Source: Bacteroidales bacterium
GTDB taxonomy: Bacteria; Bacteroidota; Bacteroidia; Bacteroidales; ML635J-15
Direction: 5' to 3'
Assembly: GCA_017645925.1 (NCBI GenBank)
Contig: JAGCNN010000078.1
Span: forward strand, 1-57,183
DNA length: 57,183 nucleotides
Shown here in pieces: positions 30,901 to 38,800 of this stretch; the stretch's first letter is position 1, and every line of letters begins with the position of its first letter. Position numbers and translations under genes: made by a program. The notes below the pieces were generated by a model. It ran no database searches. It had not been told where the DNA came from and was given only the letters and a program-made list of their open reading frames with translations.

Positions 30901-33900
30901 CCATCGGTGTGTGTATAAGCTTCGTTCTGTTCCTCAAATGCATCATAGAGTCCAAGCATGTGCAGACCCGTGTACCAGTTGGTTGCAGAAGTTCCAACAT
31001 GCCAACGAGTTGTAGTTACTCTATCAGGCCATACGTAAGTATAAGGATCGATTGCATTGCCATTATAGATACCACTTGAAGGATCGCTGCTGTAGTAGTC
31101 GGGAAGGATTATTGCTTCACGGTTATTAGGACATGTAATCTTTATCTGTACATCACCTATGAATGAATGTTCGGTATTAAGCTTAATGTACTTTATTGCA
31201 TCGGTGTTAGTAACAACAGCACCATCGTCGAAATCATAGAATGTAACATCCGAAGTATAGCACTGTGTTGAGCAATTGGTTCCATCAGGGATGAAAGTTG
31301 TTTCGGCGTGACCGAGAGAAGTTTCTATTGCATGAGGTTCCGGAGTAACCTGTATATCGGATCCGTTACCACCGATTGTAATCTCCTGACTGTCGCCAAC
31401 ACAGATATCGCCGAGAGAATAATCGGATACACTTGTATTCAAACCGCCAGAAACACGGATTCTACCGTATGCCACAGTTTGACATTGTCCTTCCGAAACA
31501 GTAAGCGAGACGTCGTAACCCTGTTCTGCGTTCGGAATATAAGGAGCAGTCTGCGTATTTACTACATAAGGCTCAAGACCTCCGTGAGGATTGATACTCC
31601 ATCTCCATGTTGGATTGGTATAGCCAGTCTGCTGTCCGTACATATTTACGCTAGAACCAAGACATACATCGAAATAATATCTATCGCCAATTACTTCTGA
31701 ATATCCAGTCATAGACACTGTTGCATCAGGACAATCAATTTCGCACATTGGAGCGTCGATATATGTAATCTTTTCACAGTTAGTTGTGGATGATGCAAAC
31801 GCTGCCATTATAGTATGCTGCTCACCATCACCATGCAGTCCGCTAAGCGAATAAGCTATTGGGCTTACAAACGGAGGCGTGAATACCTGCGATACAGCGC
31901 CGTCGGAAATTGTAAGAGTTCCATCTACTGGAGGATCGGTAAAGTTAATAAGACCACTTAGGGAGAATGTCTGGTCGCCAGCACAATCTCCAGCTATTGT
32001 TGTTATACTTGTGATATTACAGTCGTTTACAATTGAACAGTCGGAAAGACCAGCACCAGGAGCACCAAGATTAGTCTGGGTAAACGAAATTGTTCCCTCC
32101 GACCTACTATAGTTAGCAATCAAGACCATATAAATCTGTCCTCTGCGCGCATTCGGAATCTGCAAATACTCGACATTGGATGTAGAACCGCCAAAATCGA
32201 CCAAGTTTCCACTAGGAGATGCTAATGCACCAACTACGCATATTGGAGTTTCTGTATCGGATGTAGTTGATACATTATTAGGATTATATGAATTATGCAA
32301 ATTTGAGTATGAGGAACCCGAAAAATATGTGAAACCATTTGCCCCATTATCATTTAGGTCATTCTGTATGTCACAGGTGTTATTTTCAAATGGCCCCCAG
32401 CAACCAAAGTCCACATCACCAGTTGAACTACTATTTGGAGTCAACCTAATTTCCATTTCTATCGCACCGTCTTGCGATATACGCAGATACCACCAAGTAG
32501 CATTATGGAAGAAGGTACACATTCCATCAGGGCTGTCGGTAGCATCACTCGTTACATTCATGTCGTAGCCCGGATTTTCGTTTGTAGCACAGAATGCCTG
32601 AGCCGTTTCGCACTCGGTACTACCAGTGATGTCGCCATCGCTTGGACAAGTTACCGACAACGTATATCCTGCACTGTTTGAACTTGAATAATTGTCAACT
32701 ATCAGATAATAAGTTGTTCCTGCTGTTAAGGATATAGTCTGGTTACCAGTTGACCAGCAACTGCCGACCAAGTTGGTGCCAGAAGTTCCACACGACGACA
32801 TCAGGAAAAAGTCGGGGTCACCAGTTGTTGTACTTGTTATAAATGTATGGCTTCCTGAAATAGTAGGAGTAAATGCATATACACGTTCCTCACCCGGCTC
32901 ACTATAACCACAACCATTATATGACGACCAGCTACCCGAAGTGCCAAGAGTTCCTGTATATGTCTGACCGCAAGTCATTGTCGTTGCGCTTGCACAAGGA
33001 CCATTACCAGAAGGACAAGTTACCGAAAGTGTATATCCTGCATTCTCTGATGTACGGTAATTATCAGCAATTATGTAATAGGTTGTTCCTGCTGTCAATG
33101 TAACAGTCTGGTTGCCAGTGCTCCAGCATCCACCTACCAAATTGGTGCCCGAAGTGCCGCACGATGACATTAGGAAGAAATCTGGGTCGCCAGTTGTAGT
33201 CGTTGCAGAGAAAGTATAACTTCCTGATGATGAAGGGGTAAACGAATAAACGCGTTCCTCGCCCGGTTCAGAATAGCTACAACTTGTGTATGACGACCAC
33301 TCGCCCGAAGTACCGAGAGTACCCGAATAAGTTGTTCCACAAGTCATTGCTGTGGCACTGCCACATGGACCGGCAGGACAGGTTACACTAATTGTATATC
33401 CTGCGGTATTTGAACTTGAATAATTATCAACTATAAGGTAATACGTTGTTCCTGCCGTCAATGTAACGGTTTTGTCTCCAAGCCCCCAACATCCTCCTGT
33501 CAAATTGGTACCAGATGTTCCGCACGATGACATAAGGAAGAAATCGGGGTCGCCAGTGGTTTGAGAAGCAGAAAATGTATAACTTCCACTCGATGTCGGA
33601 GTAAACGCATATACATGTTCTTCGCCCGGTTCTGAATAAGAACAACTTGAATATGAAGACCACTGTCCCGAAGTGCCGAGTGTTCCCGAATAAGTTGTAC
33701 CGCAAGTCATTGTCCTGACATTACTGCACGGGTCGTTTTGCGGACAATCTACGGATATGGTATAACTTGCCGTATTGGAACTGCTATAATTATCGACTAT
33801 AAGATAATAGGTTGTCCCTGCGGTCAATGTAACGGTTTTACTTCCTAAACTCCAGCAACCGCCCGCAAAATTGGTACCCGATGTTCCGCAGGACGACATC

Positions 33901-34751
33901 AGGAAGAAGTCGGCATCACCGCTATCATTGGTTCCCGTAAAAGTATAACTGCCACTTGATGATGGCGTAAACGAATAAACACGTTCCTCGCCAGGCTCTG
34001 AATAACCACAACTTGTATATGAAGTCCATTGTCCAGAAGTGCCAAGAGTACCAGAATAAGTTGAGCCACAATACATTGGTGTTACATTGCTGCATGGGTC
34101 ACCACTCTGCGAACATGAACCATTGAAAGTAAGGATGATGTTAGTACGATTGGCATCAATAGCACCGGTAACAGAAGTTCCGGGATCAGAAGAATCTGCA
34201 TGCTTATACCAGTGCTTGCCTGTTGCTGAAGTATAATATACACTCTTAGAGCAACCGCCGGATGTACCACAACCTACGCCCCTAACAGCAATCATCAGCG
34301 ATTTACTTGCATCGTGACAGAATTGACTAGAAAGTGTATATGTATTCCAGCCTGTAGATGGTGTTGAAAGGGATGAATTTGAATAAACCAAGGTTGCTCC
34401 AGAAATATAGCTTGCAAATGTTGTACTAGCACCAAGAGCAAAAGATGTTTCAACATCCTTCATATATATCTGTATCGAAGACGTTCCACTACTTGCCGAT
34501 GATATATTATAAGCCAATTTCGTTATGTAACCAGCAGTATTAATATCGGCTCTATCATAAATATATACATCGTACTGCCATCCCCAAAAACCTGGCATAG
34601 GGTAATAGTTAGTACTTGTTCCTGTACCTATCGTTACATTTGTCTGCGCACTCACATTGGCTGAGCCCAGTACAAGCAACATAAACATCGCGACAAATGC
34701 CGTTCGAATTGGCATTACCTTATTCATGAATATATTGTATAATCTTTTCAT
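21948..34751 (-). CDS. Giant secreted T9SS cargo protein (4267 aa), type-B C-terminal sorting domain, multi-repeat adhesin-like
   Basis: This is a single uninterrupted ORF with a signal peptide (...VLGSANVSAQ). It has four ~121-aa PPC-like repeats and a P-domain-like segment (HSFIGDVQIKITCPNN...GCPLNGTWSISVCDSWGLDNG). Six He_PIG-like motifs follow (for example TGLPAGVTLTVSGNTVTVSGSP), then roughly 1400 residues of ~75-80-aa Ig-like repeats. Seven SprB-type repeats come next (CNGGTTSVTVLATGGNPGYTYNW ...). The C-terminus reads FTPNGDGVNDTW...VFNRWGQLMF. Confidence 0.9.
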   Translation of the reverse strand: MKRLYNIFMNKVMPIRTAFVAMFMLLVLGSANVSAQTNVTIGTGTSTNYYPMPGFWGWQYDVYIYDRADINTAGYITKLAYNISSASSGTSSIQIYMKDVETSFALGASTTFASYISGATLVYSNSSLSTPSTGWNTYTLSSQFCHDASKSLMIAVRGVGCGTSGGCSKSVYYTSATGKHWYKHADSSDPGTSVTGAIDANRTNIILTFNGSCSQSGDPCSNVTPMYCGSTYSGTLGTSGQWTSYTSCGYSEPGEERVYSFTPSSSGSYTFTGTNDSGDADFFLMSSCGTSGTNFAGGCWSLGSKTVTLTAGTTYYLIVDNYSSSNTASYTISVDCPQNDPCSNVRTMTCGTTYSGTLGTSGQWSSYSSCSYSEPGEEHVYAFTPTSSGSYTFSASQTTGDPDFFLMSSCGTSGTNLTGGCWGLGDKTVTLTAGTTYYLIVDNYSSSNTAGYTISVTCPAGPCGSATAMTCGTTYSGTLGTSGEWSSYTSCSYSEPGEERVYSFTPSSSGSYTFSATTTTGDPDFFLMSSCGTSGTNLVGGCWSTGNQTVTLTAGTTYYIIADNYRTSENAGYTLSVTCPSGNGPCASATTMTCGQTYTGTLGTSGSWSSYNGCGYSEPGEERVYAFTPTISGSHTFITSTTTGDPDFFLMSSCGTSGTNLVGSCWSTGNQTISLTAGTTYYLIVDNYSSSNSAGYTLSVTCPSDGDITGSTECETAQAFCATNENPGYDMNVTSDATDSPDGMCTFFHNATWWYLRISQDGAIEMEIRLTPNSSSTGDVDFGCWGPFENNTCDIQNDLNDNGANGFTYFSGSSYSNLHNSYNPNNVSTTSDTETPICVVGALASPSGNLVDFGGSTSNVEYLQIPNARRGQIYMVLIANYSRSEGTISFTQTNLGAPGAGLSDCSIVNDCNITSITTIAGDCAGDQTFSLSGLINFTDPPVDGTLTISDGAVSQVFTPPFVSPIAYSLSGLHGDGEQHTIMAAFASSTTNCEKITYIDAPMCEIDCPDATVSMTGYSEVIGDRYYFDVCLGSSVNMYGQQTGYTNPTWRWSINPHGGLEPYVVNTQTAPYIPNAEQGYDVSLTVSEGQCQTVAYGRIRVSGGLNTSVSDYSLGDICVGDSQEITIGGNGSDIQVTPEPHAIETSLGHAETTFIPDGTNCSTQCYTSDVTFYDFDDGAVVTNTDAIKYIKLNTEHSFIGDVQIKITCPNNREAIILPDYYSSDPSSGIYNGNAIDPYTYVWPDRVTTTRWHVGTSATNWYTGLHMLGLYDAFEEQNEAYTHTDGYTYYLASFSSNSDAQDFITNFLSRYYSGRDYTVYGIGPSQDNISYYVIGYTYQGDEGYIVWLTRDNTTEGNAYSFPSQAAAQYFLTYSCGGNGVVSSYEDVGRYRRILFGEPDFYDVNEADNLSATQICNGSDEHNLPGVGFDYAWTSSSQYTTVGYVYDVANMATPSTTYDNGVAESQNLYHVLPSNVDNGTQMYQPFQSFSNLIGCPLNGTWSISVCDSWGLDNGYVFDWEIALSEDLLPSNWDYTVNLDAVSTDCNSIASVNGNNLTVAPQTASNGEQTCNILLADNLGCSTTIPLSYTAVAPTITHVATSGDENQTVCEDQPIIDIQYTLGGSAVSATATGLPAGVTLTVSGNTVTVSGSPDAHGTYNYIITTVSASGLHCTEVTATGRIIVNEGNITPVFDQAGPYCEGTTVDDLPTTSLNNITGRWSPNITNSTNTYTFTPDAGQCATITTMLITVNPQPTLEYTSGTETLCKGETSANIIFTYGGGANGADVTGLPAGLVFNTDATAHQIVISGTPTANAGTYSYTITTTGATSPCTNLPVTRTITVTEPATLTLTSGDATQTVCVGSPVNFVYTYGGGAGGAEASGLPSGLTATLNTTNHTLTISGNATAAGSFTVTTTNVVAPCGDVTLTGTVEITQPATLVLLSDSPDAVLCQNGEWDDNIQYEFGGTATGATVTGLPDGLTYDVVGNVVTISGMATAGEGSYTYVVTTTSDPSSQCPDKSLQGVIEISTNATLVLTSAAGTDGQELCLPNQSFTTIVYTYGGGATGANVSDMPAGLTANVNTTAHTVTIAGTPTEPGSYDYFIATTGTIDACKPASTSGNITIGIDPTLEATGSRSQSFCLGNDLSTIVFTYGGGATGVSQTGTLPAGVSAVTDDAAHTLTLSGTPTEAGTFNITVSTTGASDTWNPCEEKAFDVSINVYDTPDVSIVASADEICNGSSVTLTSQPATFNSYRWTCTTSSDATYTVSPGLPTSVTVSSISVNPTVTQGSTDVVYNLRVTDGNGCTADVQQAITVSATPTANVTPANNTKCEEPYNGTITVSGFAGGLSGSTYTVDVTGQASQTTTGSDIVFSGLEAGSYTVTITNESTLGICYTEQTVTIGNTTTSPTVDISGALSICSGTTTTLTAHPSNGAGTFQYAWSDNTTTTAQLTTPAMTVSAPYSVTVTDENGCTASAQVEIQIGELPDVDAVAIPSICFGDDDVLIANVHNAGTGYTLEWAVVSTDPVGLEDYAGLLTTGGERITVTPGLVASFTYRVTLTSTACGDDAISTYTDEVTVMVNDIPKPNIPNPEVGSTEITCDITEITVVATGGSSYVWSNGVEGAQNTFTTEGVYTVTVTDDNSCTASTQVNITRNDEHPNVSITASPSTELTCTNNVITLTGTSTTDNAMLEWTPGSSSPSPAEYQVSAPRIYTVTATDPSNNCKSEASIEITIDESTPTVLIDQPSTITLNCTTQSITLTATGQGTLTWSPSNVATPDNYPASGDYVVTAVADNGCEASDLIHISLDESLPTITIEQSAPALTCTVSQVVLTASGAASYVWNDDNNSTGAQLIVTEGNREYTVVGTASNGCVASETVMINQDSDMSEVSIVPSMATLTCLLESVELTPAADPSYVLTWADGVDPTDIREAGTYMVTATAPNGCQRVATATVLVNRDEPDVTIVPPATTVLTCYNSYNNIPITLEATASEGATLSWDNGTLDVTAPGSYSVTATGENGCSATAEIEITEDVNVPNVEIGNNSNTTVLTCAGPSISVTLIDDSDADDYVWSGGENLTGTGNSFTAPATYYVTATAPNGCTSVDEITIEENITQPDFIEITNNTGTDVLTCDISVISVTAVFEMPAGSNDNIVSYSWSGGSFTNQATNELTTIGSYVVTATASNGCTNTAQIPISETMGRPHVEIDAPNTVLTCTTFELPITAIGDAVSYAWSGGRNPNEAANVVEATGIYTVTATAANGCTAVASLSITENTTPPTVSIRNESGFNQIDCNATSVHAIATGTGVLYQWTGGYEGAEIDLTAAGTYTVTAYGANGCSNTAYVVVTEDFTTPSPTIRITSENSELDCSHSQLTLGASSPDGVLYTWSNNQVGPNITVTQAGQYTVTVKAQNGCEGEASITIDQNSSAPIVYIDNMSGTETLNCNLHSIDIIAQAQNGSQYQFAWGNSLWGGGASQTVTTPGTYTVTVTSANGCTGSADITIRSDNTVPNLNVSSVTGSYELNCTTDHIDVTASGNGVAYAWSGGSNPSNYLNSFVGPGVYTVTSTGSNGCTASASFEITTDYNPPVFDVINETGTYEIDCNNPSIHIIMSNPDVTYRWNDNVVADDRTFTTHGQYTLTATGANGCTSTTSIGILENIVQPYVSITTTPETSELNCLTTAITLTANGGQSYMWSDGTDTQSNTVVTENLYTVTATAANGCTNTATIQIRQAPVFNVDFSSIGTIDCNGGTTSVTVLATGGNPGYTYNWSDGQTSQTATNLTAGNYTVTVYDSGGCSAALQCNVQQPMEITPSLVTRDLQCGVVEGSISAVVVGGTRPYTYIWSNGAADAPDNIGLAVGTYGLTVVDANMCQASAEAQILMQGMLSVNITVSQPISCHGYNDGIIAAQCPDAAGQPYYSWSTGNASPEIYNLFEGAYMVTITDAWGCTGQAGINLVSPPEMNLQTYIESPLCYDSHDGKIVATAFGGVAPYTYLWNTSTTESELTNVGMGTYSLTITDQVGCSAVKSITLEAPAAISIDATATGINCNGEKTGKIEVQATGGVEPYSYSIDNLIRPSMVSVFNNLNAGYYVVRVTDNNGCDAIESVLVYQPDALLMNVDIQHPFCRNSRTGQIEMSAVGGVEPYMYYWNESKSDVAVLPNMPSGEYTLYVVDANGCKSDETEVVLTDVDVPCLRIPNVFTPNGDGVNDTWLIDNVEMFPAAEVYVFNRWGQLMFTSKGYNEPWDGRYRGHFVPAGTYMFIIDLFDDEEPYRGSVTIIY
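32640..34103 (-). repeat. Four tandem ~365-nt coding repeats (PPC-like modules) inside giant gene 1
   Basis: Each unit has the form (D)PCSNV..M.CG.TYSGTLGTSG.W.SY..C.YSEPGEE.VY.FTP.SSGSYTF....T.GD.DFFLMSSCGTSGTN..GGCW..G..TVTLTAGTTYYLIVDNYSSSN.A.YT.SV.CP. By eye the units are about 80 percent identical at nucleotide level (compare 33160-33370 with 33520-33730). Confidence 0.85.
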
Positions 34752-34762
34752 AGTCGTATGTT

Positions 34763-35371
34763 TTATTTGTTCTTACCGTTTTCGTTATATTTAGCCGAAG
34801 AAACCTGCTCAATATTCTTAGACTTTGAGTTTCCATCAGACGGCTGCTGCATTACCGATTCGGTATTCATTGGAAATGCATGCAAATTGCTTGATTTTTT
34901 TTCTAAATTCTTATCTTCCGACACCCTCATTTCTGGTGAAGACGAAACCTTTGCAGGGGCAACATTGCCAGAATGTTTGGTTACCTTGACATTAGAAGGT
35001 TGCTTTTCGTAGTCCTGTGGCGATGGCGGAGGGAAATCACCGACATTTGCCTTATACTCGGCAAGCGCATCATTCACCGCATCCACAATCATGTCTGGCT
35101 CAACACTCTGCAAAGCCTCATACATAAATGTTTTACCATTCCTATATATCATGGCTCTATTTACATCAGGGTTTTCGAGTACAATCTTGGAAACGAACTC
35201 ACGCATTTCGGGCGAGTTTGGGAAATCCGCCATTTCAAAATATGTTATGCGCGTACCATTATCGTAAAACTTTGTAGTACCGCTGTCAGTAAGTTTAACC
35301 TGAGCAGAAATTGTCGTTGCTACGGACAAAATAATGACCGTATAAAAAATTCCTAATAAATATCTCTTCAT
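34763..35371 (-). CDS. Small secreted hypothetical protein (202 aa) immediately upstream of giant gene 1
   Basis: MKRYLLGIFYTVIILSVATTISAQ is a signal peptide. A ~100-aa folded-looking region follows, then a low-complexity S/K/N/P/E-rich tail. The stop lies 11 nt before the giant-gene start codon. Confidence 0.7.
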   Translation of the reverse strand: MKRYLLGIFYTVIILSVATTISAQVKLTDSGTTKFYDNGTRITYFEMADFPNSPEMREFVSKIVLENPDVNRAMIYRNGKTFMYEALQSVEPDMIVDAVNDALAEYKANVGDFPPPSPQDYEKQPSNVKVTKHSGNVAPAKVSSSPEMRVSEDKNLEKKSSNLHAFPMNTESVMQQPSDGNSKSKNIEQVSSAKYNENGKNK

Positions 35372-35466
35372 ACTCTACTTCTTTAATAATCAACAATAAA
35401 TATACAATCTACTCTATATCTTTATGCAATTCCGAACCATAAAAATATAGTTACAGAATTAAAGAC

Positions 35467-35497
35467 CAAATTTATACAATGATTTTTAAAATGCAAA
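35467..35497 (-). promoter_or_regulatory. Candidate Bacteroidota sigma-A promoter for the small-protein / giant-gene-1 operon
   Basis: On the minus strand, TAAATTTG (35474-35467) fits TAnnTTTG, and TTTG (35497-35494) lies 19 nt upstream. The start codon at 35371 is about 95 nt downstream. This is pattern match only. Confidence 0.35.
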
Positions 35498-35583
35498 AAA
35501 AATTTTAATTATTTTTTAAGAATTACAAAACTGCCATTTCTATGGGACAATATTTGACATCAAAAAACGCCCCAAAAAACATA

Positions 35584-35616
35584 CAAAAAAATAGCGGCGC
35601 AATGCATTGCGCCGCT
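35584..35616 (-). terminator. Intrinsic terminator (distal copy of the triplicated hairpin) for giant gene 2
   Basis: The perfect 24-nt palindrome AGCGGCGCAATGCATTGCGCCGCT (35593-35616) is followed on the minus strand by ATTTTTTTG. Only this copy of the three hairpins carries the T-tract. Confidence 0.75.
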
Positions 35617-35842
35617 ACAAATTGGTCATTATTATATTCTATTCCACAACAAACCTTTCCACCCGCACCTTGTTGCCAGCGCAATACATTGCGCTGCTAC
35701 AAATTGGTCATTACTATATTCTATTCCACAACAAACCTTTCCACCCGCACCTTGTTGACTGCGCAATGCATTGCGCCGCTACAAATTGGTCATTATTATA
35801 TTCTATTCCACAACAAACCTTTCCACAAATACCTTGTCGCCA
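35597..35842 (-). repeat. Three tandem copies of an 82-nt unit spanning the last 13 codons, stop codon and hairpin of giant gene 2
   Basis: The units lie at 35597-35678, 35679-35760 and 35761-35842. Each differs from its neighbour at about 5 of 82 positions. Each contains GCGCAAT(G/A)CATTGCGC plus ...GTGGAAAGGTTTGTTGTGGAATAG (VERFVVE-stop) on the minus strand. Only the rightmost copy is continuous with the ORF. Confidence 0.9.
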
Positions 35843-38800
35843 GAAACGAACCTTGCGAAATAAACGCCAGGCTTTAGGTCGTGGTAGAACTCCATCGTCA
35901 TGCCTTCGTCAACATATATGTCGCGGACATCAACTATTGCACCAGCAGCATCAACAAGCTGATAAACGACTTCGCCACTTATTCCTGCAAAGTCAACAGA
36001 GAATCGACCGTCGTTTGGATTCGGATAGAGCGATGCTGCAACTGCAACCTCATCGCCAACCGAAACCGCAATATGCCTGAATGTAACATGGAATGTATGG
36101 TTTGCATCAACATCAACAAATTCGTATGTATTTCCATCGGTAACAACGTATTCGCCATCAACGAAAACACTGTCAAGTTCGTAGCCGATATACGGGTTAA
36201 ATGTAAACACCTGAGTTGTACCCGGTGCTACCTCTACCTCGCCCAACGGTGAAAGTTCGCCGTGAGGTCCAGCCGTTGCCGTAATGTAATATACCAACGG
36301 ACGGAACGAAACATAGATGTAATGATTTTCGGTTACATTCTCGAAGCGATAAATATTGCTTTCGGGCGAGAATCCCTGTCCATCGACAACCACCCTGTCA
36401 AGCATATAGCCATCGTTAGGAACGAAAGTGAACTCAATGTCATCTCCATTGAGGACATACTGCGTTCCGTTAGGACTTATCGCGCCGTTTGCACCAGAAA
36501 CAGCCGTTATAGTCCACATCGGCAACAAGTCGAAGTTAACTGTTACAACATGGTCGGAAAGGACATTCTGCAGGGTGTATGTATTTCCAGAGAACTCAAC
36601 GCTTTCACCATCGACAAGCACTTCGGAAACAATATAACCCACATTCGGAGCGAAAGTAAATGTTATGTCGGAACCTTCATCAACTTCCTGTTCGCCAGAC
36701 GGACTTATGATGCCATGTTCACCAGCAATTGCTGTTACCGTATGCTTGTATGCCTCGAAGGACGCCGAAATAGTATGGTCGGCAACAACATTCTCGAACT
36801 GATACGATTCGACAACGTCCACAGCTTCGCCATCAACAAGCAGCGATGAAATGTAGTAGTGCTCATCGGGCGTAATCTGGAATGTCTGGTTTTCGCCCTC
36901 AACCACGCGAACCCTACCGCTAGGCGATATGCTTCCATGTTCGCCAGCCGTAGCTGTTATTTCATGCCTTATTATATTCATAGGTGTAAATATCGCAACC
37001 ACCGCATGGTCGGCAGTTATGCTGTCGAAAGTATAAGCATTGCCTTCAACTTCATGCGAAATATTGTCAACCAAGAAATTAAGCAATTCGTATTCTGCAT
37101 CGGGTTCAAACTCGAAAGTAAGGTTGTCGCCATGATTTACAGTTATCGAACCGCTTGGCGTAATAGTTCCGCCTTGTGCGTAAGCCACTATGGTATATGT
37201 ATTTATGGCAAACTCTGCATGTATTGAATGTTCTGCGGTTACATTTACAAAAGTATATTCACCTTCAGCAACTGCCGACGGAACAACCTCGTCGTCAACA
37301 GTTACCGATTCGATATGATAACCGGCATCTGCAACAATGTAGAATGTCTGGTCGGCACCGTTTGCCACCGAAACATCGCCATTAGGAGTTATTGTACCAT
37401 GTTCACCGAATGAAACTGCAATCGAGTAATATACATTTTCGACAAACGAAACACGCACCGTATGGTCATCGGTAATATTCTCAAAAGTATAATTGTTGCC
37501 ACCAGCAACTAGCTCCTCCATAGCATCAGAGCCATCAACCAAGAACTCATGTATTATGTAGCCCTCCTCAGGAATTACCGAAATTGTGAGGTTTTCACCT
37601 TCTTCTAAAACGACATCGCCATTAGGAGTTACAATGCCATTTTCACCAGCATCTACATGAATTGTATGGTAAATTATCCTGTCGAATGTTGCGTGAATTG
37701 TATGCGATGCATCAACATTTTCGAAAGTGTAAATGTAGCTACCCTGCTCAAGCTGTTCGGCAATACCATCCACAATCACGTCGCCCGGACGATAACCCTC
37801 ATCGGGAATTATAACAAACGATACCGTATCGCCACGGTCGGCAGCCGTAACACCTTCGGTAACAATACGACCACCTTCGCCAGCCGATGCTGTGAAAGTG
37901 TAGCGTTCGGTAAATGTTGCTACCAGCGTATGCTCTGCATTCACATCAGCAAGAGTGTAGATTCCGTCAACGACTTCGTCAGAAACATCTTCACCATCAA
38001 GCGTCAATGAGAGCAAATCGTTGTATTCATCGGGCATGATGACAAATTCGGCACTTTCGCCAGGAGCTACCTCTACCCTACCATCAGGTGAAATAGAACC
38101 ATTTCCAACCGACGAAACATCTATCACATAGTCGGAAACAAAAACTCGGAAATCATCGATATACAAGCGATACATATTGGGAGCAGACTGACATACAATT
38201 GCAATTTCTACAAGCTGTCCAGCAAATTCGGAAAGGTCAACTGGTCCGTAGGTCTGGTATGTTTCGTTTGTTACAGTCAGCGAATCCAATCTAACAAGGC
38301 CATTATTTGCAGTTCCAACATACACCGAGAAGGTTTCCGGATAAGAGAAATTGCCTGCCCTGTACTTGAACTCCATCTTGGCATTCTGAAGAATCTTCAA
38401 CTCAGGTGAAACAAGATAGTCATCTGCTTGATTTGTGCGTGAGAAGTTGTAAACGGCCTCGCCATTTGCGATAGACCAAGTCCTATTATCATCGTTATAA
38501 CTATATATTTCCCAGCAATCATCAGCAGAGAAATCCTGCTCGTACGGGAGCGTAAACACACCGCAGGCAGTCTTTTCTGTCCAGCTAGTTGCACCACAAT
38601 TCGACTGTACATATATATAATAGTAGGTATAAATATCCAAACCTTCTATTACCGACTTATGCGTAGAATCAGGTTCAATAGTGCTATCGAACAAATCTGC
38701 TGTTTCTGTATCAGGGTCAATAGGCAGAGAAGAAATCTTCAAGTTGTATGAAGTTTCGTTATGTGCAGGGAATAAATACATTACTGCCGAATCGTTATAG

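Noticed and set aside
35597-35842. Possible CRISPR array (regular 82-nt periodicity with a palindromic core)
   Set aside because: The units are contiguous, with no unique spacers between them. There are only three copies. Each contains the 3' coding end of the adjacent gene. No cas genes are present in the window.
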